64,000 nucleotides of DNA from Myxococcales bacterium (GTDB lineage Bacteria > Myxococcota_A > UBA9042 > JABWCM01 > BTVJ01): positions 31,288 through 95,287 of the forward strand of contig BTVJ01000026.1 in NCBI GenBank assembly GCA_045863395.1, given 5' to 3'. Positions 19,471 to 28,992 of the stretch are shown piece by piece; within the stretch, counting starts at the first letter, position 1; each line of letters opens with the position of its first letter. The translations under genes and the position numbers were made by a program. The notes beneath the pieces were generated by a model. It searched no databases. It saw only the letters and a program-made list of their open reading frames with translations, and was not told the DNA's origin.

Positions 19471-20697
19471 ATGGCTGGTCTGAAGGTGGTGGCCATCGGC
19501 GGCGGGACAGGGCTGCCGGTCATCTTGCGGGGGCTGCGGGAGCTGATCCGGCGGGGCGAGCCGGAGGCGGCGCGCCTGAGCCCGGACGACATCACCGCCA
19601 TCGTCAGCGTGGCAGATGACGGCGGCTCCAGCGGGCGGCTCGTCGACACCTTCGAGACCCTCCCGCCGGGGGACCTGCGCAACTGCCTGCTGGCCCTCGC
19701 GGATGAAGACGCAGCGCCCGTGCTGCACAAGTTCTTCGGGTATCGCTTCTCCGAGGGAGAGGACGGCGAGCTGGCGGGCCACTCCGTCGGCAACCTGATC
19801 ATCACGGCGCTCACGCGGCTGAACGGGAACGACTTCCGCCAGGCGATCCTGGACGTGGCGCGCATGTTGAGCCTGCGGGGGCGCATCCTGTTCCCGACCC
19901 TCGCCCGGGTCGTGCTGTGTGCCCGCCTCCTGGACGGGCAGGTGGTGTGCGGCGAGTCGCGCATCGGCCGCCGGAACAGCGCGGCGCGCATCGAGAGCGT
20001 GTACCTCGGTGCTCGGATGGCCGGTGACTTTCGGTGTGTACCACCGCCGTTCCTGCCGCCCGCGTTCCCGGAGGCGGTCGAGGCGGTCCGCGCGGCGGAC
20101 GTGATCATCCTCGGGCCGGGGAGCCTGTTCTCCAGCGTCGTGCCGAACCTGCTCGTGCCGGAGCTGGCGCAGGCGGTCGCCGAGCGCGCCGCAGAGCGCC
20201 CGCTGTTCTATGTGTGCAACATCATGACCGAGCCTGGGGAGACGGACGGCTTCAGCGTCGGAGACCACGTGCGGGCCATCCGGCGCCACGCCAACATCCC
20301 GATCCCCTGGTGCATCGCCAACCGGCAGCGGATCCCGGACGAGCTGGTGCAGCGGTACGCGCGGGCGAGCCTCCTGGCGGGCTACAGGGCGGTACGCCAG
20401 TCGCTGGACGACGTCGCCGTCAGCGCCGAGGCGGGGAGCCTGGAGCCCGGGGCACTCATCGAGCACGCGGAGTCTCAGGGGGTCCGCCTCCAGCGCCTGG
20501 CGCAGCTCATGCGTGAGGCCATGAACCTGCAGATCCAGGTGCTGCCGAGCCCCGAGCGGGACGCCAACCTCAACGGGACGGAGGTCGTCGAGGTGGACGC
20601 CGTGCAGGAGGCCGAGGTCAGCGACCAGGGGCGGCTGAAGCGGGTGATCCGGCATGATGCGCTCGCGGTGTTGCGCGCGGTGCTTGCGCGCGTCTGA
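19471..20697 (+). CDS. yvcK: YvcK/GlmR (CofD-like) gluconeogenesis factor
   Basis: VAIGGGTG, VADDGGSSG, PPGDLRNCL, GHSVGNL, GPGSLFSSVVPNLL and NIMTEPGET motifs. Confidence 0.9.
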   Translation: MAGLKVVAIGGGTGLPVILRGLRELIRRGEPEAARLSPDDITAIVSVADDGGSSGRLVDTFETLPPGDLRNCLLALADEDAAPVLHKFFGYRFSEGEDGELAGHSVGNLIITALTRLNGNDFRQAILDVARMLSLRGRILFPTLARVVLCARLLDGQVVCGESRIGRRNSAARIESVYLGARMAGDFRCVPPPFLPPAFPEAVEAVRAADVIILGPGSLFSSVVPNLLVPELAQAVAERAAERPLFYVCNIMTEPGETDGFSVGDHVRAIRRHANIPIPWCIANRQRIPDELVQRYARASLLAGYRAVRQSLDDVAVSAEAGSLEPGALIEHAESQGVRLQRLAQLMREAMNLQIQVLPSPERDANLNGTEVVEVDAVQEAEVSDQGRLKRVIRHDALAVLRAVLARV

Positions 20698-20983
20698 GCG
20701 GTGGCTGGCTCACGAGGAGTCGCGCGCCCGCAGGAGCAACCCTGCTTCAGGTCGACGCAGCCGTCCGGGCAGCGGTGCGCCCACCGTTGCAGAAACGGAG
20801 GAGATCGCGCCCTCGTCAGGCTCGCGTCGCTCCTCGCGCACAGCTACATCGCCCGTAACGCCAACGTACCTCGGGGTCCGATTGCTGTTGACGGCCTGAC
20901 GAGGGGCTTGGTAGCTTTTGCCGCGCACGTGGCGGTCTTGCCGCGTCGCGTCATGGCCGGAGAAGCCAGCCCCGGAGGACATC

Positions 20984-22141
20984 ATGGACGACGTCATTTT
21001 CCAGGTCACCCAGAAGCATCTCAACACCGGGCTCCGCGGCTACCCCGTCGGCACGTGCCGGACGAGCTCCGTGGATCCGTACAAGGGCCTCCACTATGTG
21101 GGGTACCCCATCCGGGAGCTGGCGTTCCTCGACCCGGAGGCCGTCATCTACCTCCTCTTGAACAAGAGCCTGCCCACGGCCGCCCAGGACAAGGAGTTCC
21201 GGGCCGAGCTGGCGGAGCGGTCCGCGAAGTTCCCGAAGGGGGTCTTCGACATTCTCCGCGCGCTGCCGAAGGAGGGCCACCCCATGGAGTGGTTCATGAC
21301 GGGGCTCATCGGCCTCGGCATGCTCGGCAAGACCGAGAACTTCCTGGAGGACGGCAAGAACCTCATCGCGTGGGCTCCTCAGGTCGTGGCGGCGGTGTAC
21401 CGCCTGCGCTCTGGCTGGGGTGAGCCCATTCCGCCGGACCCGAAGCTCGGCTACGTGGAGAACTTCGTCCACATGCTGGGCGTGCCCGGCGCCGACGAGG
21501 CCAAGCTGACGAAGCTGCTGCGGGTGTTCGACATCCTCCACTTCGACCACGGCGGTGGCAACCTGTCCACCTTCACGGGCAAGGCCATCGCATCGGGCCT
21601 CGCCGACCAGTTCGCGTCGATGGCGGGCGCCATGGCGGGGCTGTACGGGCCGCGCCACGGTCGGGCCAACCAGGACTGCCTGAACTTCGTGCGCGAGGTG
21701 GGCAACCCGGACCCGACGCACATCGAGAGCTACGTTCGCAACCTGCTCGCCAACGGCGGCTTGGTGTTCGGGTTCGGGCACGCAGTGCTGCGCGTCGAGG
21801 ACCCGCGGGCGGACATCCAGTACGAGCTCGGCAAGCAGCTCTGCCCCGACAACCTGGAGTTCAAGACCGCCCTCGCCATGCGCGACGTGATCCCCCGCGT
21901 GCTCAAGGAGAACGAGAAGATCTCCGACCCGTACCCCAACGTGGACGCGGTCAGCGGCTCGCTGCTCAACGCCCTCGGGCTCACGGACTCCAACTTCTAC
22001 ACGGTGCTGTTCGGGTGGTCCCGGTGCGTGGGCATCGCCGCCCAGATCATCGACGAGCGGCTCAACCTGCGGGACGGCAAGGGCGTCGCCATCTACCGCT
22101 GCAAGTACGTGCCCGAGAACCAGCCGGAGCGCCACCTGTAG
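20984..22141 (+). CDS. gltA: Citrate synthase, eukaryote-like motif set
   Basis: HFDHGGGNLST, GPRHGRANQ, GFGHAVLRVEDPR and PYPNVDAVSG motifs. Confidence 0.9.
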   Translation: MDDVIFQVTQKHLNTGLRGYPVGTCRTSSVDPYKGLHYVGYPIRELAFLDPEAVIYLLLNKSLPTAAQDKEFRAELAERSAKFPKGVFDILRALPKEGHPMEWFMTGLIGLGMLGKTENFLEDGKNLIAWAPQVVAAVYRLRSGWGEPIPPDPKLGYVENFVHMLGVPGADEAKLTKLLRVFDILHFDHGGGNLSTFTGKAIASGLADQFASMAGAMAGLYGPRHGRANQDCLNFVREVGNPDPTHIESYVRNLLANGGLVFGFGHAVLRVEDPRADIQYELGKQLCPDNLEFKTALAMRDVIPRVLKENEKISDPYPNVDAVSGSLLNALGLTDSNFYTVLFGWSRCVGIAAQIIDERLNLRDGKGVAIYRCKYVPENQPERHL

Positions 22142-22142
22142 G

Positions 22143-22510
22143 GTGCGCCGCGCCGTCGTTGCCCTCCTCGTCGCCACCGTGTCCCTCGGCGCCGGCTGCT
22201 CAGCCGCGCGCCGAGGCGCAGATCCCTGGTGGGGCCCAGACAAAGCGCAGCACCTTGCGTTGAGCACGTTCGCGGGAGCCGCGGGTGTCGGAGCGGCGAC
22301 CGCCGCTTGGGGCGAGGAGCCGCTCTGGGCGCGAGGTCTGGGCGGCGCGGGCCTTGGGCTTGGCGTCGGCCTGCTCAAGGAGGCCGCCGACGCGGCGGGG
22401 CTCGGCACGCCGTCGATGCGGGACGTGGTCTGGGATCTGGTGGGCGCTGTCACCGGGGCTGCGGTCACCGCCGCGGTGCTGTGGGCGCTGGAGCCCGTGT
22501 CACTGGGGGG
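22143..22510 (+). CDS. YfiM/DUF2279-like lipoprotein (end approximate; the frame has no stop until 23552)
   Basis: Lipobox GAGC; WWGPDKAQH, GLLKE and S.RDVVWDLVG motifs. Confidence 0.6.
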
Positions 22511-23531
22511 CGGCGCCGAGGCTCTGGCCCACGATGGGCAGGATGGCCCGCAGCTCGCCCATCATCTGGCTGAACATCTCGGGCGTGAGGGACTGGGCGC
22601 CGTCGCTCAGGGCGCGATCCGGATCGGGGTGGACCTCGACGATCAGGCCGTCGCAGCCGACCGCCGCAGCGGCGCGGGCCATGGCGGGCACGTGCCGCCG
22701 GATGCCGATGCCGTGGCTCGGGTCCACGATGACCGGCAGGTGGCTCAGGTGGCGCAGCACGGCGACCGCGTTGAGGTCGAGGGTGTTGCGGGTCATGGTC
22801 TCGAAGGTGCGGATGCCGCGCTCGCAGAGCATGATCGCCTGGTTTCCCGCGCTGAAGATGTACTCGGCCGCCATCAGCAGCTCCTTGATGGTGGCGGCCA
22901 GGCCGCGCTTGAGCAGGACTGGCACGCGCCGCTGTCCGATGGCCTCCAGAAGCGAGTAGTTCTGCATGTTTCGCGCGCCGACCTGGAGGACGTCGGTGTA
23001 CTCGCAGACCATGTCCAGGGTCTCGGTGTCCTTGACCTCGGTCACGATGCGCAGGCCGGTCTCCGCCCGCGCCTTTGCGAGCAGCTCCAGGCCCTCCTTG
23101 CGGAGCCCCTGGAACTCGTAGGGGCTCGTGCGAGGCTTGAACGCGCCGCCGCGGAGGAAGGTGGCGCCGGCGGCCTTGACCGCGTGGGCGGCCGCGAGGA
23201 TCTGGGCCTGGCTCTCGACGGAGCACGGGCCCGCCATGACGTGGAAGGTGCCGCCGCCGATGATGACGCCGTCGCCGAAGTCGATGCGCGTCGGCTCGGG
23301 CTGCATCTCGCGGCTGACGAGCTTGAAGGGCTGCGACACGGGGACGCACTGGGCGATGCCGTCGAGGGAGGCGAAGACCTCCTCGGGGACCGGGCCCTTG
23401 TTGCCGGTGATGCCGATGGCGGTGCGCTGGCTGCCGGGCATGGGGTGGGCGCGGTAGCCCAGGAGCTCGATGCGCTCGACGACCTGCTGGACCTGCGCCT
23501 CGGTGGCGGATGGCTTCATGACGATGAGCAT
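22500..23531 (-). CDS. aroF: DAHP synthase class I-beta with an N-terminal regulatory domain
   Basis: MLIVMK start, AGPCSVES, RGGAFKPRTSPY, GARNMQN, LCERGIRTFE, DPSHG, EVHPDP and SDGAQSL motifs. Confidence 0.95.
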   Translation of the reverse strand: MLIVMKPSATEAQVQQVVERIELLGYRAHPMPGSQRTAIGITGNKGPVPEEVFASLDGIAQCVPVSQPFKLVSREMQPEPTRIDFGDGVIIGGGTFHVMAGPCSVESQAQILAAAHAVKAAGATFLRGGAFKPRTSPYEFQGLRKEGLELLAKARAETGLRIVTEVKDTETLDMVCEYTDVLQVGARNMQNYSLLEAIGQRRVPVLLKRGLAATIKELLMAAEYIFSAGNQAIMLCERGIRTFETMTRNTLDLNAVAVLRHLSHLPVIVDPSHGIGIRRHVPAMARAAAAVGCDGLIVEVHPDPDRALSDGAQSLTPEMFSQMMGELRAILPIVGQSLGAAPQ

Positions 23532-23620
23532 GGGCGACTCTGCTCCTGGTGAGGGGCACGCCATTGTAGGCGCGGCCATCCGACCTTTCAATGGCGAGGG
23601 GGGCATGGTAGAACGCGCGG

Positions 23621-24148
23621 GTGGGACGCCTCCTCCTCGCACTCGGCCTCGTGTGTTGTCAGGAGGCGCCCGATCCGGCGGGGTGTCGCAGCGACGGTAC
23701 CCTGGGCGCGTGCTGCGATGTGGCGCCGTGTCTGGCCCCCCTTGTGTGCCGGCCGGTGGGTGACCGCGAAGCCTGCACCGTCGCTTGCGACGCGGAGAGC
23801 GGGGCGGGCTGCCCGGGCGGTAGCGTGTGCGTCGCCCAAGCGGAGGGGGCGGCCTGTGTCCCCGCTGGGGGTGTCGTCGGCCAGGGCTGCTCGTTCACGG
23901 ACGACTGCCGGCCGGGTCTGATCTGTGAGAACCGCTTCCCCGGAGGCTACTGCACCGCGCCCTGCGAGAAGGGGACGCCGTGCCCGTCCGGAGTGGGGGA
24001 CGCTCGCTGCGTGCGCCTCTCGGGCGACTTCGGGGCCTTCTGCCTGGCGCCGTGCACCACGAGTGCGGACTGTGCGCCCGGCGCGGAGTGCACGGCCGTC
24101 GGGGGCTCCGGCGTCTCCGTGTGCTTTCCGAACTTCGAGGACGGCTGA
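23621..24148 (+). CDS. Small Cys-rich secreted protein or lipoprotein
   Basis: Hydrophobic N-terminus then many Cys; PGGYCT motif; stop overlaps the next ATG. Confidence 0.6.
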   Translation: MGRLLLALGLVCCQEAPDPAGCRSDGTLGACCDVAPCLAPLVCRPVGDREACTVACDAESGAGCPGGSVCVAQAEGAACVPAGGVVGQGCSFTDDCRPGLICENRFPGGYCTAPCEKGTPCPSGVGDARCVRLSGDFGAFCLAPCTTSADCAPGAECTAVGGSGVSVCFPNFEDG

Positions 24149-24774
24149 TGGACGGACAGAAGGACCAAGGCGCGGCGAGGACCCGCAAGCTGTTCGCGCT
24201 GGGCGTGTTCATGGTGCTCGTCGTGTTTGCGCTGTGGCGCATCCGCGCGTCCCTGGAGGAGCGCGGAGTCGACTCCAAGCTGCGGGCCCTGGCACCCCAG
24301 GTCGGCGCGGATCTGGTGCTCACGGACTTCGAGCCCGCGAAGCATGATCGCGCTCTGGAGCCTGCTCCCTGGGTCGAGGGTGGGCCGGTGCGGCTCTCGG
24401 ACCACGCGGGGAAGGTGCTCTTCCTCAACTTCTGGGCCTCCTACTGCGAGCCGTGCAAGCGGGAGCTGCCGTCCATGGCGCGCCTCGCCAAGGAGCTGGC
24501 CGGTGACCGCTTCGTCATGGTGGCGGTGAGCTACGACGAGTCCTGGGACGCGGTGTCGAAGTTCCTCGAGCAGATCGGCGGTGTGCCCCAGAACATCGTG
24601 TTCGTGCGGGACCCCGCGGCGCAGGCGGACCCGCTTGGGACCCACTATGGCACCCAGAAGATCCCGGAGACCTACGTGATCCGGGACGGGCGCATCCTGT
24701 TTCGCTTCGTGAACGAGCGCAACTGGATCGACATGGCCATGGTCCGCTTCTTCCGCGCCCTGATCGATGGCTGA
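24148..24774 (+). CDS. TlpA/ResA-family membrane-anchored thiol-disulfide oxidoreductase
   Basis: FLNFWASYCEPCKRELP (CxxC) and IPETYVI; N-terminal TM helix. Confidence 0.9.
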   Translation: MDGQKDQGAARTRKLFALGVFMVLVVFALWRIRASLEERGVDSKLRALAPQVGADLVLTDFEPAKHDRALEPAPWVEGGPVRLSDHAGKVLFLNFWASYCEPCKRELPSMARLAKELAGDRFVMVAVSYDESWDAVSKFLEQIGGVPQNIVFVRDPAAQADPLGTHYGTQKIPETYVIRDGRILFRFVNERNWIDMAMVRFFRALIDG

Positions 24775-25672
24775 GTCTCCGCGGTGGCCGGTGCTTCTGG
24801 CCGGCGTCGTGTTTCTGGCGCTTGGCGGCGTCGCCGTCTGGGCGCTGTTCGACCGGCCACTGCCCGCCCCGGACTTCTCGACGACAGGGTGGCGGCCGGC
24901 GAGCGATGAGGTCGCTGCGCAGGCTGCGGCGGACCGGGCGCTGCTCGCCCAGGGCGCCGAGGACCCGGAGCTGGATCGGGCCGTCGAGGAGTGGAACGTG
25001 GAGGAGCTGCGCACGGGGGGGCGCGGCATCGACGAGGGGATTCGCCGGGCCCAGACGCGCGTCGAGGAGGCGGCCTTGAGGGCGCTGTCCCGGGTGGGGC
25101 GGGACGGCTACCGGGCGCTCGGGCTGGCGCACCGGGAGCGCTTTCTCGCTGCGATGGACGCGTACCTGGCGGCGGTGCGCGCGTCGGGGGAGCCGCTCAC
25201 CGGCTGGGATGTCAGACACCCAGATCTCGCAGAGACTGGTGCGATGCGTCGCCTGCTCGGGACCTTCCTGCTCGACGCCCGTCGGACCGGCGTCGTCCGG
25301 GAGTCGGGCGAGGTCACCGAGGACGCGGCGACGGTCGTGCCGCTCCTGTTCATGATGCGGTGGGGGCTCTTCGTGGCGCAGGCCATGCCGGCCGAGGAGC
25401 TGCTGAGCACGTTCGAGCGCAAGACCTTGCTTGCGTGGAAGGCCTGGGCCAACCCGACGCTGAACATCAGCCGGCGCAGGGAGGTGCTCGCCCGCCTCGC
25501 CGCCATGGACGCGCGCGCGCCGGTCCACCGCGTCCTTGCGCTGCACTACATCCGGGCGCAGGACTGGCCGTCCGCGGCGCGGGAGACGGTGCTCGCCATC
25601 CTGGACGCCCCCGAGGACCGGACCTTGGCGGCCAACCTGGCGTGGCTCAATGAGCGACTGGAGGGGCGCTGA
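24767..25672 (+). CDS. Hypothetical membrane-anchored helical protein
   Basis: N-terminal TM helix; overlaps the TlpA stop; TPR-like C-terminus. Confidence 0.6.
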   Translation: MAESPRWPVLLAGVVFLALGGVAVWALFDRPLPAPDFSTTGWRPASDEVAAQAAADRALLAQGAEDPELDRAVEEWNVEELRTGGRGIDEGIRRAQTRVEEAALRALSRVGRDGYRALGLAHRERFLAAMDAYLAAVRASGEPLTGWDVRHPDLAETGAMRRLLGTFLLDARRTGVVRESGEVTEDAATVVPLLFMMRWGLFVAQAMPAEELLSTFERKTLLAWKAWANPTLNISRRREVLARLAAMDARAPVHRVLALHYIRAQDWPSAARETVLAILDAPEDRTLAANLAWLNERLEGR

Positions 25673-25758
25673 CCTCGTGAGGCGGGGGGCATGCGGGTGC
25701 GAGGGCTGAGCGGCGGGCGAGCGGCGGGCGTACCGGGCCTGCGAGATGAGATGAGAGC

Positions 25759-25793
25759 TGAGTATACCTGACCCCTAGAACGACCCCTAGAAC
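25759..25793 (+). repeat. TGAGTATACCTGACCCC motif plus a 12-bp direct duplication (GACCCCTAGAAC x2)
   Basis: Read directly. The motif matches 15 of 17 bases of the motif at 35805-35821. Confidence 0.75.
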
Positions 25794-27364
25794 TTCACGC
25801 TCGCGAGCAGGCTCACTCCGAGACGGCTCGGATCCACGAACACGCGGGTGCCGATGCCGTTCTCGTCCTTGCGGATCTGGGCGCGGTCCGGGTCGTAGGT
25901 GTAGTCGACCTGGACCAGCGCCGCGAAGGTGCTCTCGTAGGTCCAGCGCAGGCCGCCGAGCGCGCTGATGATCGGCAGCGCGTCCTCTCCCTCCGGCAGG
26001 ATGTCCCAGTCGCCGGGCTCCGTGCCGCGCACCACGACCTTCTGGATGCCCTGGCTTACCTTGGAGTTGTTCTGGCCGGCGGGCATGACGCCCCGGTAGG
26101 TGGCGGGGAGCTGGACCCCGATGCCCACGTAGGGGGTCAGGCCCAGCTCCGTGAACAGGTGGTCGACGGCGATGGTGCCCGAGACCTCGGGGGTGACCTC
26201 CGCAGCCTCCGGGAGCGCCGAGTAGGGGAAGTAGCCGGGCACGTTCGCCGTGATCCAGGTCATGTCGCGGAAGCCGCCGTCCAGGTGGATGCGGGTCTCC
26301 TTGACCTTGACGCCCACCGACGCGAAGCTCGCCATGGCCAGCTCGGTCTTGGTCGAGCCGGTGAAGTCGAAGTCGGCGAGGGTCTGGGTCTGGAAGCCGA
26401 ACTCCGCGGCGATGCGGTAGCTGACGTCGCCATCGTAGGGCTCCGACTCCGTCAGGTCGAAGCGGACGGGGTCCTCGCGGAACAGGTTGAGGTCGAGCCG
26501 CCGCCCCACGGGCGCCCCTCGCGAGAAGGACAACATGGCGCTGGCCCCACCGGCGACAATCGGCTTGCCGAGGACCTCCGCCTTGTTGTTGGTGCCCTTC
26601 TCGAAGACCCCGCCGTTGGCCTCGAGCCACAGGCCGTCCACGCCCAGCTCCACGCCCGCCCCGAAGAGGCCGCCGTAGAAGGTGCGCTCGACGAAGAGGG
26701 TCTCGTTGCCCTCCGAGTTGGCGAGCTTCACCTCGACCGCGCTCTTGATCAGCGCGGTCTTGAGGCCCGCGAAGGCGTAGAAGCCGCCGATGTCCACGCC
26801 CACCCGCGCCGCCGGCGCCGACGTGGTGCGGAAGTTGCGGGGGAACACGTCCGTGCCGCCCCAGGACAGCTCGTAGTGGAAGCCCATGCGCAGGCGGTCC
26901 GCGTCGACGGGGAACAGCTCGATGAAGGCGCTGTCGCCGATGCCTCGCTTGACCTTCTGGCCCGAGAGCAGCTCGCCCGTGGACCCCTGGTGCCGGTCCG
27001 GGTCGCGGTTCCAGAGGAAGTTGAGGCGCATGTATGACGCGTCGTCTCGGATCGTGCCCTTGGCGATGTCGATCTTCAGGTTGATCGCGGCCTCCGGAAG
27101 GAAGGCCTCCGTCAGGTCCAGGGCTTTGTAGAGGCCGATGTGCATGAAGGTGTCGTAGCGGTCCGGCAGCAGACGGTCGATGCTCGGGTCCGGCGTGCCA
27201 CCGATGTAGATGTCCGGGCTCGACTTGCGGTCCTCGCCGGCTCCCCGCAGCACGTTGTCGTCGGAGAACGGGAAGCTGATCTTCGCGTCCAGGTACTCGC
27301 CCGCCATCGCGGGGGTGGCCATCGCGCCGAGGAGCAGGGCCAGGGTCGTCACGCTACGCTTCAT
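25787..27364 (-). CDS. Secreted protein, probably an outer-membrane beta-barrel
   Basis: Signal peptide ending AMA, amphipathic beta-strand pattern, terminal Phe (SVKF). Confidence 0.7.
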   Translation of the reverse strand: MKRSVTTLALLLGAMATPAMAGEYLDAKISFPFSDDNVLRGAGEDRKSSPDIYIGGTPDPSIDRLLPDRYDTFMHIGLYKALDLTEAFLPEAAINLKIDIAKGTIRDDASYMRLNFLWNRDPDRHQGSTGELLSGQKVKRGIGDSAFIELFPVDADRLRMGFHYELSWGGTDVFPRNFRTTSAPAARVGVDIGGFYAFAGLKTALIKSAVEVKLANSEGNETLFVERTFYGGLFGAGVELGVDGLWLEANGGVFEKGTNNKAEVLGKPIVAGGASAMLSFSRGAPVGRRLDLNLFREDPVRFDLTESEPYDGDVSYRIAAEFGFQTQTLADFDFTGSTKTELAMASFASVGVKVKETRIHLDGGFRDMTWITANVPGYFPYSALPEAAEVTPEVSGTIAVDHLFTELGLTPYVGIGVQLPATYRGVMPAGQNNSKVSQGIQKVVVRGTEPGDWDILPEGEDALPIISALGGLRWTYESTFAALVQVDYTYDPDRAQIRKDENGIGTRVFVDPSRLGVSLLASVKF

Positions 27365-28991
27365 CGGTGGTCCCGTCACAGTCGTCGTCCACGCCATTGC
27401 CCGGCTTCTCCGCCGCGCCGGGGTGGACGCCCGGGTTGTTGTCGTTGCAGTCGCCCTGGTCGCCGGTCACGCCGTCGCCGTCGTTGTCGAGGGTCGGGTC
27501 CAGCACGACGTCGCCGTCGTAGCGTGGGTCCACCACCCAGAACTGGAGGTCGCACTTGGTCTCGTCGGAGCTCTCTCCGCACAGGTAGATGTGCCGCAGC
27601 GAGCCGGTCATCGAGGAGACGCGGCGCGGGGGGCACACGTACTGGAGGAAGCCCTGCTCGGTCGTCTCCTTGGTGCACACGCCGTTCTTGTCCGGCTGCC
27701 CCAGGTAGTCCATGGACAGCGGCAGGAACTTCTCGGCGAGGCCCGTGGAGCCGTAGATCTTCTTCTTTCCGCCGGTCACGCCCGACCACTGGGAGTACTC
27801 GAAGTAGCCCTCCAGGTCGGCGCAATAGGGGTCGTCCTGGCACTCGCCCCGGCAGGTGTTCTCGTCGCCCTTGTCGATGAGGCCGTTGTTGTTGCGGTCG
27901 CAGGCGATGAACCGGGTCGCGACCTCCACGTCGCTGAACCGCACCAGGTTGGACTCCAGGGCCTCCAGATAGCGGCTGTTGGCGTACACGTTGGTCAGGT
28001 ACTCGACCTGGTTCGCCACCAGCTCGCTCTTCAGGTCGGCCGTGACGGCAATCGGGGCTGGAGGCTCCGCGTCGACGTCGATGCCCGGGGTCTTCGGGTT
28101 GCAGGTGTCGCTTCCCTCCCAGAGGTCGTCGTAGCTCGGGAAGGTGAGCTGCGTCATGCCCACGTGCTCGTCCACGGCTCCCGAGACCTGGCAGATGATG
28201 TCGCCGTACTCGATGAAGCGGGGCTTGGAGTAGGTGAACACGAACAGGCCGTTGAAGTAGCGGTCCTGTGCCTGATCGTCCAGGTCCACCACGTAGAAGC
28301 CGTTGGCCACCACGTTCACCACGACGAGGCGCCCCGCGTCCACGACGACCTGCTGGCCCTCCAGCGGGGAGGTGTGCAGCTTGCTCGTGAGCTGGATGTC
28401 GCGGATGCGCGGGTTCTGGAACCACAGGGTCTCGGTCGTCCCGGTGGCGAACGTCGCCTTGGCCTCCTGGTCGTCGTCCACCGACAGGCAGCCCGGGTCT
28501 GCGAGGTCCACGAGGCCGTTTCCGTCGTTGTCCAGCCCGTCGTTGCACTGGCCGTACTTCGCCGCCTTGGGGAAGAAGCCGTCCTGCTCGATCCAGACGT
28601 GGGACTCGCCGATGGCGCGGTTCACGAAGATCTCCAGGCCCTTGGCCTTGCCGCCCTTCACGAGGTGCCAGGACGTGGACGGCGCCACCCGCCCCGGGGT
28701 GATCCGCGCCCGCACCATGCCAGTGAACGGGAAGTGCTTGCCGTCGCGCCCCATGGCCGCCACGTCGACCACGACCCTCACGTGGCACTCGCCGTCGACA
28801 CAGACCTCGCCGTCCTCGCAGTCCGGGTCGCCGCTGCAGGGCTTGCCGCTGACGAACGGGAGGCGGTCCTTGGCGGTGCCGGCGGTGCCGGGAGTCAGGG
28901 ACACCTGAAAGGACTGGAGCCCCTGGTCCAGGGCGTACTCGCTGGTGCACCCGGCGAGCAGCGCGAGCGCGACGGTGATGGAGCGTGCCAC
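27354..28991 (-). CDS. Cys/Asp-rich lipoprotein with a C-terminal MopE-like metal-binding motif
   Basis: Lipobox LAGC; CNDGLDNDGNGLVD; C-terminal DCNDNNPGVHPGAAEKPGNGVDDDCDG. Confidence 0.8.
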   Translation of the reverse strand: MARSITVALALLAGCTSEYALDQGLQSFQVSLTPGTAGTAKDRLPFVSGKPCSGDPDCEDGEVCVDGECHVRVVVDVAAMGRDGKHFPFTGMVRARITPGRVAPSTSWHLVKGGKAKGLEIFVNRAIGESHVWIEQDGFFPKAAKYGQCNDGLDNDGNGLVDLADPGCLSVDDDQEAKATFATGTTETLWFQNPRIRDIQLTSKLHTSPLEGQQVVVDAGRLVVVNVVANGFYVVDLDDQAQDRYFNGLFVFTYSKPRFIEYGDIICQVSGAVDEHVGMTQLTFPSYDDLWEGSDTCNPKTPGIDVDAEPPAPIAVTADLKSELVANQVEYLTNVYANSRYLEALESNLVRFSDVEVATRFIACDRNNNGLIDKGDENTCRGECQDDPYCADLEGYFEYSQWSGVTGGKKKIYGSTGLAEKFLPLSMDYLGQPDKNGVCTKETTEQGFLQYVCPPRRVSSMTGSLRHIYLCGESSDETKCDLQFWVVDPRYDGDVVLDPTLDNDGDGVTGDQGDCNDNNPGVHPGAAEKPGNGVDDDCDGTTDEA

Positions 28992-28992
28992 G

